Source of the DNA: Candidatus Iainarchaeum sp.
GTDB lineage: Archaea; Iainarchaeota; Iainarchaeia; Iainarchaeales; VGJJ01
Direction: 5' to 3'
Length of the DNA stretch: 64,000 nucleotides
Assembly: GCA_043803765.1 (NCBI GenBank)
Contig: JAZDJQ010000012.1
Location: 96,001 to 160,000 of the forward strand
Shown here: positions 39,802 to 48,980 of the stretch, piece by piece
Position numbering within the stretch: position 1 is the first letter of the stretch
How the letters are laid out: the number at the start of each line of letters is the position of its first letter
Notes under the pieces: generated by a model
The model's database searches: none
What the model was told of the DNA's origin: nothing
What the model saw: the letters and a program-made list of their open reading frames with translations, nothing else
Translations under genes and position numbers: made by a program

Positions 39802-39874
39802 TCCCGCCTCCCGGACTTGCACCGGGGATCTTCCGGTCTACAGCCGGACGCATTAGCTACTATGCTAAGGCGGG
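39802..39874 (-). tRNA. tRNA-Tyr(GTA), intronless; anchor of the cassette array
   Basis: CCCGCCT..TCCGG-CT-GTA-GA-CCGGA..CCCGG-TGCAAGT-CCGGG-AGGCGGG-A. Confidence 0.92.
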
Positions 39875-40043
39875 GACGATTTTATGTGGTTCGCCTCCCC
39901 GTTTGGTTATTTTTTCCCAAAAAGGGGGGGTATAGTCCGGCAGACTATTTGTTTCGGGATAGGCTTTTTAAGCCTCCGAATGGGGGGCGTTTTGAGTCAT
40001 TCCCCACGCGTCTTTAAAATGATTTTTCCCAGTAGGAGTCCAC

Positions 40044-40658
40044 ATGCCTGTTGAAAAAATCACCATTTGGTATGCCCCATCTAAGTGTATTGGTGCAGGG
40101 GAGTGTGTGAAGAACAATCCTGCCGTATTCGGGTTTGATGACCGTACAAAAAAGGCGATGCTGATTGGTGGAAAAATAAATGATAAAAAGGAATTCACTC
40201 GTGAAATTACGGGCGATTCTACACATATTGGGTATGCGATTACGGCTGCTGCTTCTTGTCCGGTAAATGCGTTCATCGTAAAAGATTCTGCCGGAATAGT
40301 TCGTGTGGGAAATAAAATAGAAATTGCTGAAGCAAAAGAATTGCATCCGGTTTATGATGATGCAAAGGATTTTGTGTTAGACCCGAAAGGTTATTTTCTC
40401 ATTCGCGTGAATGCACAAAAAAAAGAAATCGAAGTTGGTTTTTGTAATACTAAAAACATTGTTGTGTTGAAAGTAATAGGAAAAAAGCCTATTGATATTT
40501 ACACAGCAGTTGCTCGTAAAGAACCGTGTTTGCGTCCTGAGCATTATGCGTATCTTGGAAGAGAGTTGGAGAAAGCATATCATTGTATTCAAACAGGATT
40601 AGTGTATGTTCAGGATGGTGAATTGCACGAAATGAAGTTAGTAGGAAAAAAAGAATAA
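40044..40658 (+). CDS. Ferredoxin-DUF4346 fusion protein
   Basis: CIGAGEC..AASCPVNA ferredoxin; LDPKGYFLI..HYAYLGRELEKA..YVQD. Confidence 0.8.
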   Translation: MPVEKITIWYAPSKCIGAGECVKNNPAVFGFDDRTKKAMLIGGKINDKKEFTREITGDSTHIGYAITAAASCPVNAFIVKDSAGIVRVGNKIEIAEAKELHPVYDDAKDFVLDPKGYFLIRVNAQKKEIEVGFCNTKNIVVLKVIGKKPIDIYTAVARKEPCLRPEHYAYLGRELEKAYHCIQTGLVYVQDGELHEMKLVGKKE

Positions 40659-40820
40659 TTCGGCTTTTTCCTAGTGGCTTGTTAATGGTTCAAATGCTTA
40701 GGCTTTTTGCTATAAATCGCTTGGGAAATGGTTTTTCGATTGTCATACTTTTCTTATTTTATTATTCCTTTTTTTTAAGATAGGTTGAAACAAATCCCTT
40801 TTTTGTATTGAAAAACACGC

Positions 40821-40948
40821 AATCTAAACTACGGCGGGCTTCAGCCCGCCGGGTTCACTTCCCGCGAACGACTTGTCGAGAACCCAACACAAAGCCGATT
40901 CATCCACCCGCTAAAAGCAGGCGGGGTTCTCGGCAAGGGGTTCCTAAA
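40821..40948. mobile_element. ORF-less IS200/IS605-family end remnant (PATE-like)
   Basis: Hairpin cggcgggcttcagcccgccg and gccgattcatccacccgctaaaagcaggcggggttctcggc, typical of IS605/IS1341 ends. Confidence 0.65.
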
Positions 40949-40974
40949 TTAAGTGGTTCATTCTAAAGAGTAGA

Positions 40975-42003
40975 ATGGATTCTTTTCAAGTAAGTAAGTT
41001 GTTGGAATGGTTTTCTCATGCTCAACGAAAATTGCCTTGGAGGGAGAATTATTCCCCGTATGAAGTGTGGTTGTCCGAAGTCATGGCTCAACAAACCCGT
41101 ATTGAGCAGATGCTTCCCTATTATGCTCGTTTTCTTAAAAAATTTCCGACCGTGAAAGTGCTGGCGGATGCAGATGAGGAAAAAGTATTGAAGGAATGGG
41201 AAGGATTAGGGTATTATTCTAGGGCACGGAATGTGCAGGCGGCGGCTAAACAAATAGTGAATGAAAAAAGTGGAAAGATTCCTACAACAAAGGAAGAATT
41301 GGGAACATTGCGTGGTTTTGGTCCTTATATTTCAAGCGCGGTAGCAAGTATTGCCTTTAATCAGGATGAAGTAGTGGTGGATGGAAATGTTTTCCGTGTG
41401 ATGAGTCGTTTTTGGGGGAATAAGGAAGATGTTTCTCTTCCTAAAACACGCCGATTGTTTGAAAAAAAACTACTAAAAATTCTTCCGAGAGGAAAAGCAA
41501 GGGATTTTAATCAGGCATTGATGGAGTTAGGTGCATTAGTATGCGTTCCGGAAAAGCCGTTGTGTGAAAAGTGTCCTCTTTCTAAAGCGTGTTTTGCAAA
41601 TATAGAGAGTAAACAATCCTTTTTTCCAGTGAAAAAGAAGAAAGGAAAAATTCCCTTGCGTCACTTTGCTGCGATTCATGTAGAAAATGATGCGCGTATT
41701 CTTCTCTTTCCGAGGAAAGAGAAATTGTTGAATGGAATGTATGAGTTTCCGATGGTGGAATACAATCCATTATCGGATAGCGTGAAGGATATTGAAAAGA
41801 AAATAGGAGAAAAATTTGGTTGGCGTGTGCATTTGTCTAAAAAAATAGGGGATGCGACACAGCAGTACTCTCATTTCAAACAGCACGTATGCTTGTTTGA
41901 TGCGGTGATTGAAAAAAAGGATAGTATTCCTTGGGTGAGAAAGGAAAGCGTTTCTTCCCTTCCATTATCGCGTATTCAGCAGAAATTGTTGCGTGATTTT
42001 TAG
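40975..42003 (+). CDS. mutY: A/G-specific adenine glycosylase
   Basis: SEVMAQQT, WEGLGYYSRARN, VDGNV, NQALMELGALVC..CEKCP..C, NUDIX-like tail. Confidence 0.95.
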   Translation: MDSFQVSKLLEWFSHAQRKLPWRENYSPYEVWLSEVMAQQTRIEQMLPYYARFLKKFPTVKVLADADEEKVLKEWEGLGYYSRARNVQAAAKQIVNEKSGKIPTTKEELGTLRGFGPYISSAVASIAFNQDEVVVDGNVFRVMSRFWGNKEDVSLPKTRRLFEKKLLKILPRGKARDFNQALMELGALVCVPEKPLCEKCPLSKACFANIESKQSFFPVKKKKGKIPLRHFAAIHVENDARILLFPRKEKLLNGMYEFPMVEYNPLSDSVKDIEKKIGEKFGWRVHLSKKIGDATQQYSHFKQHVCLFDAVIEKKDSIPWVRKESVSSLPLSRIQQKLLRDF

Positions 42004-42305
42004 CGTTTCTGTGATGCGTCTTCTTTCATGATGAGTTTCACGATCCAGAAAACCACTAATGCGATAATGAGAAAGTCGATTACCGCTCCAGCAAAGTCCC
42101 CGATTAGAAACTTGACGGGCCCCACATCGAGTGTAGCAAGGCGCCATTCTCCTCCCGGGGTGAGTGCTCCCACAATGGGCATGACTAAATCATTCACAAT
42201 GGCCGTTACCAGTTTGGTGGATGCTGCTCCAATGATGAATGCAACCGCTAATCCTAATACTTGGTATTTTTTCAAAAACGCTGAGAACTCTTGGATAATC
42301 GACAT
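42000..42305 (-). CDS. mscL: Large-conductance mechanosensitive channel
   Basis: LAVAFIIGAA..LV..IVNDLVMP; GDFAGAVIDFLIIA. Confidence 0.9.
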   Translation of the reverse strand: MSIIQEFSAFLKKYQVLGLAVAFIIGAASTKLVTAIVNDLVMPIVGALTPGGEWRLATLDVGPVKFLIGDFAGAVIDFLIIALVVFWIVKLIMKEDASQKR

Positions 42306-42420
42306 GCTGTTTTCTCTCCTAGGATGCTATACTATCATCCCTATCATCCATTGTTTTTTAATCCTCTTCATTAAAACATGGTAGAAAGGAAAAAAAAGAA
42401 AAAAATAGGCCAGTGATTAC

Positions 42421-42657
42421 TCACTGACCGTATCTCTCAAAAAAATCGCTTACTGAAATAGGTTGTTCATGAGGAAACTTGTTCAATTCCCGTCCACCCA
42501 CAACAGTCCGAAAATCTTGGTTAAGTATTTGTCCTCGCCCAGCAGGATCAACTACTTTACCTATTACTTGCCCGGTATTGGATGGTTCAGAGGTTGTTCC
42601 AATGCAGCCAAGCAATAAGAGTAGACCCAATATGCCAATGATGGTTAGCATTTTCAT
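42421..42657 (-). CDS. Small lipoprotein-like protein
   Basis: LLLLGC lipobox-like signal. Confidence 0.55.
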   Translation of the reverse strand: MKMLTIIGILGLLLLLGCIGTTSEPSNTGQVIGKVVDPAGRGQILNQDFRTVVGGRELNKFPHEQPISVSDFFERYGQ

Positions 42658-42669
42658 TTTTTATACCTC

Positions 42670-43098
42670 CTAACCACACTTGGCAGCAATCGGATTACAA
42701 TACGACTGTGCGTTTATGTCGTTGCAGTTGTATTTTGCTGCAATTATATAATTGTAGTACTGTTTTCCATTTATTTTGAAATCTCTTGTGCAGCCCAATT
42801 CAATCAAAGTAGTATTGGTATCACAAAAGTCGGAATACACATACGTGTTCTGGTCGGTTGGGTCGGTCCACGTCATGGTTCCTTTTGCAAATGGATTAAA
42901 CCCATTATCCGTGTCAAAACATCCACCGTTTTCATCTCCATATGCTAATAATGATGCGTTTCCATCTCCTCCAATATAATTATTTTTCCACATGAATGGA
43001 AAATCATTTCCTAGATAAAAATTACTGAATACGAATGGCAGAGTCATCAAGAATGTGATTCCCAATACCAGCAACCATCGTGTTATTTTTGGTTTCAT
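42670..43098 (-). CDS. Secreted Cys-rich protein (C-x-D-x-D-x-G module), paralogue of 54802..55224
   Basis: CFDTDNGFNPFAKG..DFCDTNTTLIELGC. Confidence 0.7.
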   Translation of the reverse strand: MKPKITRWLLVLGITFLMTLPFVFSNFYLGNDFPFMWKNNYIGGDGNASLLAYGDENGGCFDTDNGFNPFAKGTMTWTDPTDQNTYVYSDFCDTNTTLIELGCTRDFKINGKQYYNYIIAAKYNCNDINAQSYCNPIAAKCG

Positions 43099-43144
43099 AT
43101 ACAACCCTCCTGCCGTACTACGTCCTGTGGAGGTATATAATGCT

Positions 43145-44404
43145 TTATTCGTTTTGTTTCCACACATAATAGCCCAGCATTCCAACAAACACGAAGGCGA
43201 TACCGAATAATAGCGCGTTCACTTCCACGAAGAATAGCATTCCTGCATTGAGGATACTTCCAACAACAGCGGGGATGGGTATTTTTCCCCAGCGTAATGG
43301 TATTTTGAATCCAGTGAATGTTTTCTTGTCATCTAAACTAATTTTGATGATAGCCGCATTCATGATGGCAAACACGGCAAATAGTAGTCCATCCGTTACA
43401 TGGGCCACAAACATAATGTCTTGGTATAGTACGAGCAATCCTACTCCTATCGTAGAAATAATAAGAGCATTCCTCGGTTGCGAGTGATGCGTTTCTCCTA
43501 GAATGCGGGGGAGTGTTTTTTCAGAGGATAATCCATACACTAAACGGGAGGTTGCAAGCAAGAGCAATAATACCGTGTTTCCTGTGGAGAACAATGCCAC
43601 GATGGCCAGCACCCAAAATGCGTCTCCTCCAAATCCGCGTGCCGCTACTTCAGCGAGAGGAGCATGGCTTTGTCCTAGGGCTTCTCCTCCTAGTATGGAA
43701 ACCGCAGAGGCCGCGACTAGAATATACAAAATAGTTGAAATAACAATGGCCAGCAGTAATGCGATGGGCATTATTTTTTGGCTGTTTTTGGTATCTTCAC
43801 TCAACCTGACTAAATCCTCGAACCCCAAAAAGGCAAAAAAGATGAGTGCTGCAGCGGATAATATTCCGGGAACGATAACAAAGTTAGGAATAGGAAAACC
43901 GTTTGAGATAGTGGGAATTCCAATGAAAATAATAGCAAGAAGTCCTCCAATTTCAACAATGGAAAGCAATCCTGCAATGGATGTGCTTATTTTTGCCCCA
44001 AACCAGATGACGGCAAAAGAGAGAAGCAGAATAAGCATCGTTCCTATAATAGAAGGAAGATGAAAAATAGCAGAAAAGTATCCTCCGAATCCTAATGCAA
44101 CGGTAGCACTCGAAGCAATTCCAACTAAAAGCAAAGCAAATCCTATTCCAAATGCCCATTTTTTTCCAAAAGCAGATTTACCATACACATACTCGGCTCC
44201 TGCCTTTGGAAAGCGCGCACTCAACTCGGCATAGCTTAATCCAGTAAGAATGGCAATGAGTCCTGCTGCTGCAAAGGAAACCCAAATGTAGTCTCCTGCG
44301 ATTCCTGCCGCCTTTCCTACTAATACGTATATTCCTGCTCCCAAGATAACGCCGATTCCCGCAAGGGTTAACTCAAGCAATCCTACTTCTTTTTTCAGCC
44401 CCAA
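43145..44404 (-). CDS. APC family amino acid permease
   Basis: IGVILGAGIY, SYAELSARFPKAG, FFAFLGFE. Confidence 0.92.
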   Translation of the reverse strand: MGLKKEVGLLELTLAGIGVILGAGIYVLVGKAAGIAGDYIWVSFAAAGLIAILTGLSYAELSARFPKAGAEYVYGKSAFGKKWAFGIGFALLLVGIASSATVALGFGGYFSAIFHLPSIIGTMLILLLSFAVIWFGAKISTSIAGLLSIVEIGGLLAIIFIGIPTISNGFPIPNFVIVPGILSAAALIFFAFLGFEDLVRLSEDTKNSQKIMPIALLLAIVISTILYILVAASAVSILGGEALGQSHAPLAEVAARGFGGDAFWVLAIVALFSTGNTVLLLLLATSRLVYGLSSEKTLPRILGETHHSQPRNALIISTIGVGLLVLYQDIMFVAHVTDGLLFAVFAIMNAAIIKISLDDKKTFTGFKIPLRWGKIPIPAVVGSILNAGMLFFVEVNALLFGIAFVFVGMLGYYVWKQNE

Positions 44405-44410
44405 TCTGCA

Positions 44411-44806
44411 TCACATCCTTTTCCATGAAAAATAGGCGATGAGGGCATACATGACAAGCCCGTAGATGCATGTTGGAACAATCAGAGAATAGGTGCAGGG
44501 CGGCAATAAACAAGAGGGATTCATCAATTCATTTAGGGTATATCCTCCTGAGAACAATACTCCAAAAATGGAAACGTAGCGGATGATTTTCACATTTTGT
44601 TTTGTATGAGTAAATTGTTCCATGAGGCTCACAATAAACAAAATACCAAACATGAGCAATCCATACGCGCAGATGGGCCAACCTAGCAAATAGGAACACC
44701 CCTCTGTTAGTGGACATGCTCCCTCAATCAGCTTTCCATAGGTCAACCAACCCGAAAAGAGGACGCCGGCGAGGGATAATAGTAGAATGATTTTTTTGGA
44801 TTCCAT
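44411..44806 (-). CDS. VKOR-like membrane protein
   Basis: ACPLTEGC..LLGWPICAYGL..PTCIYG, 4 TM. Confidence 0.6.
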   Translation of the reverse strand: MESKKIILLLSLAGVLFSGWLTYGKLIEGACPLTEGCSYLLGWPICAYGLLMFGILFIVSLMEQFTHTKQNVKIIRYVSIFGVLFSGGYTLNELMNPSCLLPPCTYSLIVPTCIYGLVMYALIAYFSWKRM

Positions 44807-44896
44807 ATTCGATATAATCCAAATAGGAGAATATAAAACAGGGGGCGCATCCCACGACATTTCCATACGAATGGAATACATGGAAACGGTTGCGAG

Positions 44897-44969
44897 TGGG
44901 CTCGCTCGGATTTGAACCGAGGTCGACAGCTCCCAAAGCTGCCATCCTACCAGGCTAGACGACGAGCCC
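44897..44969 (-). tRNA. tRNA-Pro(TGG)
   Basis: GGGCTCG..GCAGC-TT-TGG-GA-GCTGT..GGTTCAAATCCGAGCGAGCCCA. Confidence 0.95.
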
Positions 44970-45001
44970 CGTCGCATATATTCATGGGTTAGGAGACTTT
45001 C

Positions 45002-45520
45002 TTAAACCAAAGCCGTTCTTTCGCCTAGTTGGGCGTGGTGGGACTGGATTTTTTCAACAATAAGGGCGGGGTTTTCTACTCCCACAATGGATATTTTCTT
45101 CGTGTTGTTTTCTTTCATATAGGTGATTTCTATTTCATCCACGTGTAACCATTTCTGCATCCAGTCCTCTTTTACTTTAACGTTCGAAATGGAAAGATAG
45201 GAGACAAAAATTTCTCCGCTGGGAGATTGAATCCATATTCCTAAATTGGTTAACCATGTATTTCGTTGGGATACATCCACGCGCCACAACCACCTTGTTA
45301 TCACTCCTATTAGCATGGCAAACCCTGCAAGCGCAAGTGCTTGCAGAATAAGCATGGCGGGTTTTCCATTGTTTTGTTTGAATGAATATATGAGAAAAAC
45401 GAGTAATCCAACAAACCATACTCCAAACAATGGGGCGGCTTTCAGTGCGTAATAGGATAGGGTGTTTTGAGAAGGCGGAACTTCCAACTCGATCCGCTCG
45501 TCCAGTGCAAGGGAAAGCAT
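45002..45520 (-). CDS. Membrane protein with bacterial-PH-like domain
   Basis: 2 TM followed by LTN..I..ISNVKVKEDWMQKWL. Confidence 0.6.
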   Translation of the reverse strand: MLSLALDERIELEVPPSQNTLSYYALKAAPLFGVWFVGLLVFLIYSFKQNNGKPAMLILQALALAGFAMLIGVITRWLWRVDVSQRNTWLTNLGIWIQSPSGEIFVSYLSISNVKVKEDWMQKWLHVDEIEITYMKENNTKKISIVGVENPALIVEKIQSHHAQLGERTALV

Positions 45521-45575
45521 GGGGGAGGAAGGGAGTCCACCCTATAAATGACGGGTGGATGGAAAGGAAATGGTA

Positions 45576-46082
45576 TTACCATCCTTTCGCACGGCTAATA
45601 CACCCGTTGACGTAGTCCTCGAACAATGCGGGATTGTGCAATAGGCGGTCTACCATCGCTTCCCGTTCTTCATAGCTTTTCAGGATTTTTGCTATTTTCC
45701 CCCAAACACGCTCTTCTTCATTAGGGGATGGAAAAGTAGTGTAAACGGTATGATAGACTTGTAGGATGGCCCACTTCCTGAAAATGGGGTAGCGTCTTTT
45801 ATCGGCAATTAATAATCTGCGCATGAGACGGGCAGCCTGTCTCTTCATTTCGGGTGAACGCATGGAATGGGATTGTACATAGAAAGCGAATTCTGTTTCG
45901 CATTGCTTCTCCATGTCCAGCCACTTTGTCAGGTTTTTTTGTACGTGATGGAACTGATGATTGATTTCATCGACTCGCTCGAGAGGATTCGTTTTACGCG
46001 GGCGAACCTCATCAATAAGTCGGGAACGCCGGACAAATCCTTTTCGTCTCCGTCGAATTTCATTCGGGGCCATGGTAACCAA
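45576..46082 (-). CDS. Hypothetical protein, Arg-rich N-terminus
   Basis: ORF of about 165 aa. Confidence 0.55.
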   Translation of the reverse strand: MVTMAPNEIRRRRKGFVRRSRLIDEVRPRKTNPLERVDEINHQFHHVQKNLTKWLDMEKQCETEFAFYVQSHSMRSPEMKRQAARLMRRLLIADKRRYPIFRKWAILQVYHTVYTTFPSPNEEERVWGKIAKILKSYEEREAMVDRLLHNPALFEDYVNGCISRAKGW

Positions 46083-46112
46083 TTCGGAAGGAAACAGGAC
46101 TATAAAATGGGT

Positions 46113-46412
46113 CTACTTCTTTCCCCTTCTTTTAGCGAGCGCATCTCGAAATAATTTTTGTTGCTCGGGAGGAAGGCTTGAGAGGCGCACCCATTTTCCC
46201 CTGCCGAGACCATGTCCGCTCACGCGAACCCAAGGGTCGGTGATATCATCAACGGTTTTAGGGATAGTGACTTTGGGCAAGCGTTTGCGGATGCGGATTC
46301 CTTTTCCCTTAGAGAGAACGCCATCATCGTGAAAAGCACGGTACAACCGCAAGAAAGGTCGAGAAAACATGCGGTAAAGAAAACGAGGAATGCGCCGTCG
46401 TGGTTTCATCAC
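46113..46412 (-). CDS. Hypothetical very basic protein
   Basis: MKPRRRIPRFLYR... Confidence 0.5.
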   Translation of the reverse strand: MMKPRRRIPRFLYRMFSRPFLRLYRAFHDDGVLSKGKGIRIRKRLPKVTIPKTVDDITDPWVRVSGHGLGRGKWVRLSSLPPEQQKLFRDALAKRRGKK

Positions 46413-46452
46413 AAAAAGGAAACCGTTTCCCTCTATATATTCTTTGGCTATC

Positions 46453-47319
46453 CTACTTCTTTTTCAATAATCGTTTCAGCCCGGGTATTTCCACTTGAGA
46501 GTATAGACAAAATAGTTTGCATGGTTCCAGGAGTTTTCGTGCCGTGTACACGTAGAGGGTGCTTTCAATCTTTCCTTTTTCTTTTGCAGTGGAAGCAAGG
46601 GCTATTTCCCTAATCGTGTTTTTCGTTTCATCAGAGGCATAGAATTGGGATAGTTTTTCTAAATCATTTGCTGTTTTTCCTTTTGGCGCGTTTGCAATAA
46701 AAGAATCCAGTTTTTTTATGTCAGCGGTTTCACGCAAATAGGACTCTAGTTTTTTTTCCATGCTTACCGAGAACGATCCCAAAAATTCCATGAATGTGCG
46801 GGGTTGCGTTTGACTCGTTACCACATATTTTTTTACGCATTGCCACCCAGAATAGTTGGCGATTAATTGTATTTTTCCTTCTTCGAATTTTTTTATTTCA
46901 GAAAAATGAGCAGCATAATTGAGATGCACGTGATAGTTGGAAAGTATTTTGCGTGTGGCGTATAATCGAATAAATTGTCCTAGTTCTCCCTGCTCTTTTT
47001 TTTGCAATCCTTCTATTGAGGAAACCGTATTCACGAGTTGGGAAAACTTTCGAGTGTTGAGGAATGCAAGCGTTTGACCAAAATTCCTTGTTTCACTTGA
47101 GTGGGGGGCTTCTTTCAATGCTTCGTTGATAGGAGTAATATCAATCCATGCGGCGAGGGAACTTTCGATGAGCCCGTCTATTTCTTTTGTTGTTTGGGAT
47201 AACCATTCGATGAATTCCCAAGGAGAAGTGGCAGAGGTTACCTCTCGTGTGAGGGTAGATTTCCATCCCGGAAAGTCGGCTTGAAAGAAAAAGGTGTTTT
47301 CATTAGGCATATTCTCCAT
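46453..47319 (-). CDS. Tandem DUF2666-like protein
   Basis: Two repeats FxAxxxGW..TxP..F.E.L (FQADFPGWK / IANYSGWQCVKK). Confidence 0.6.
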   Translation of the reverse strand: MENMPNENTFFFQADFPGWKSTLTREVTSATSPWEFIEWLSQTTKEIDGLIESSLAAWIDITPINEALKEAPHSSETRNFGQTLAFLNTRKFSQLVNTVSSIEGLQKKEQGELGQFIRLYATRKILSNYHVHLNYAAHFSEIKKFEEGKIQLIANYSGWQCVKKYVVTSQTQPRTFMEFLGSFSVSMEKKLESYLRETADIKKLDSFIANAPKGKTANDLEKLSQFYASDETKNTIREIALASTAKEKGKIESTLYVYTARKLLEPCKLFCLYSQVEIPGLKRLLKKK

Positions 47320-47402
47320 TCCTTCATTCGTGTATGTTATAAACCTTCGGAGGGTGGGACACCTATTCATTTATAGGGGAGTTCGGGGTTCAACCATTTA
47401 GT

Positions 47403-47681
47403 ATGAGTGCGCGGATGAATCCTTTGGAAAAGTTCAAGCATTATGAGCACCAAGTGTTAACGTTTGAGAATAAGAGAGGGTGGTCGCTTGGCAGGCATAC
47501 GCTCTCTGAATATGTGTTTCTTGTGATAGTAGGATTTTGGTTTGCTTTTATTGGACCCCAATTTATTGGGGCGAATATTCTACTGGCGATTGCTATAGTA
47601 CTTACTATTCTATACGTGTTGTATATGCTCGTCCTCTTTTTTTTATCCGGTGGGTTAGGAAGACCCGTGGATGTAATGTAA
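47403..47681 (+). CDS. Small 2-TM membrane protein
   Basis: 92 aa ATG ORF. Confidence 0.6.
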   Translation: MSARMNPLEKFKHYEHQVLTFENKRGWSLGRHTLSEYVFLVIVGFWFAFIGPQFIGANILLAIAIVLTILYVLYMLVLFFLSGGLGRPVDVM

Positions 47682-47938
47682 AAAAAAGCATTATTTCGTG
47701 TTTAGTCGTATTCTTGTTAAGTGCAAGGAGAGGGTTTTTATTAGAGAGACGCAGTTGTAGAGGTGTATGTATCAAAGTGTTTCCCTCATTTGCTCTTCTT
47801 CTTTCACTTTGATTAATAATACGAATATGCACTAATTTTCCCCTATCCCAAGCCAATTGGCATGGTAGTGGTGATGGGCCTATTTTTGAATTTTAAAAAA
47901 AAAGCGCGCAATGCGCTAAAACAAGGAGGTAGAACAGT

Positions 47939-48118
47939 ATGCGATTAAGCAAAGAAAAAAGAACCCAATTACGAAGCAGGATTCGCACCAAATCGGATAG
48001 ATTGGTTCGCAATATTAGTGTAGATGATATTGCCCCTGAATATTTTTATCGAATGCGCAAGAAAGAAATGAATAACGATCCTTATTGGCAGGAATATTCT
48101 ACTCCCATCAATGGGTAG
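47939..48118 (+). CDS. Small hypothetical protein (59 aa; below the ORF-track cutoff)
   Basis: RBS aaggaggt; MRLSKEKRTQLRSRIRTKSDRLV...; followed by hairpin agggagg..cctccct. Confidence 0.55.
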   Translation: MRLSKEKRTQLRSRIRTKSDRLVRNISVDDIAPEYFYRMRKKEMNNDPYWQEYSTPING

Positions 48119-48165
48119 GGAGGAATTGCCTCCCTGTTCGTTTTGGTATATGGAATAATTATCCC

Positions 48166-48867
48166 TTATGCGGTGCCTAGAAGGTATTTTTCTCTCTTGT
48201 TTTTTGGAAATCGTTCAATGGAGTATCGCAGCATGGTGCGGGGCATTTTCAAGTGGTGTTTTTTCAAAAATGTTTCCAGCGCCTTTTCATCCCGCTTTCC
48301 TATTTCTCGCAGCATCCAACCGCACGCTTTGTGCATCAAATCCTCTTTATCGGAAAGGAATTTTTCACACAATAGGAACGTATCATTAAACTGGTCTTCT
48401 TGAATGGATGCATACGTGGATAGGATGGCAATTCGTCTGTCCCAAAGAGAAGGGGATTTTGCTAACGTGTGTAGTATTTTTTTGTCTTGGTGCAACAAAT
48501 AGTTTCCAAGTATTTTATATGCGGATAAATCCACTAAATCCCAATTATTCACTTTTTCTTTGTTTTTCAAATAGAAGTCCACTATTTTTTTCTTTTCTTT
48601 TTCAGTAATCGCTTTTCTGTATTTTTCCACGAGAATGAATAATCCCACTAATCGTTCCTCGTGCAGAGGAGAGTGTAGTGTTTTTTTTAGTTGGATAATA
48701 GGAGTGTCCAAGAATGTGCTCGCTACTTTTCGGCATTCCGGCACGGTGACCCCGATGAATTGGTCTCCTTCTCCATACTCTCCTTTTCCTGTTTTGAAGA
48801 AGCGGATGTTGACTTTTCGTCTTTCCTCGGAAGCATACTTTTTCAATTCTTCTCGTAGTGCGTTCAT
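48166..48867 (-). CDS. alkD: DNA alkylation repair glycosylase AlkD-like
   Basis: FFKTGKGEYGEGD, NNWDLVD, HKACGWMLREIGK, MPRTMLRYSIE. Confidence 0.9.
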   Translation of the reverse strand: MNALREELKKYASEERRKVNIRFFKTGKGEYGEGDQFIGVTVPECRKVASTFLDTPIIQLKKTLHSPLHEERLVGLFILVEKYRKAITEKEKKKIVDFYLKNKEKVNNWDLVDLSAYKILGNYLLHQDKKILHTLAKSPSLWDRRIAILSTYASIQEDQFNDTFLLCEKFLSDKEDLMHKACGWMLREIGKRDEKALETFLKKHHLKMPRTMLRYSIERFPKNKREKYLLGTA

Positions 48868-48980
48868 TATTCCTATTAATTCCTCTTTCTGGAATTAAAA
48901 ATGCCCCTACCTTTCATTTTTAGGGGAATGATTTATTAGGAGAAGGGGAACTCTTGATAGCAATAAGGGGAGGTTATTCC

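Noticed and set aside
29763-39874. tRNA-derived repeats as a CRISPR array or canonical integron attC sites
   Set aside because: Spacing is 0.5-3.6 kb with whole genes in between, there are no cas or intI genes, and no RYYYAAC/GTTRRRY cores; the repeats are tRNA 3' ends.
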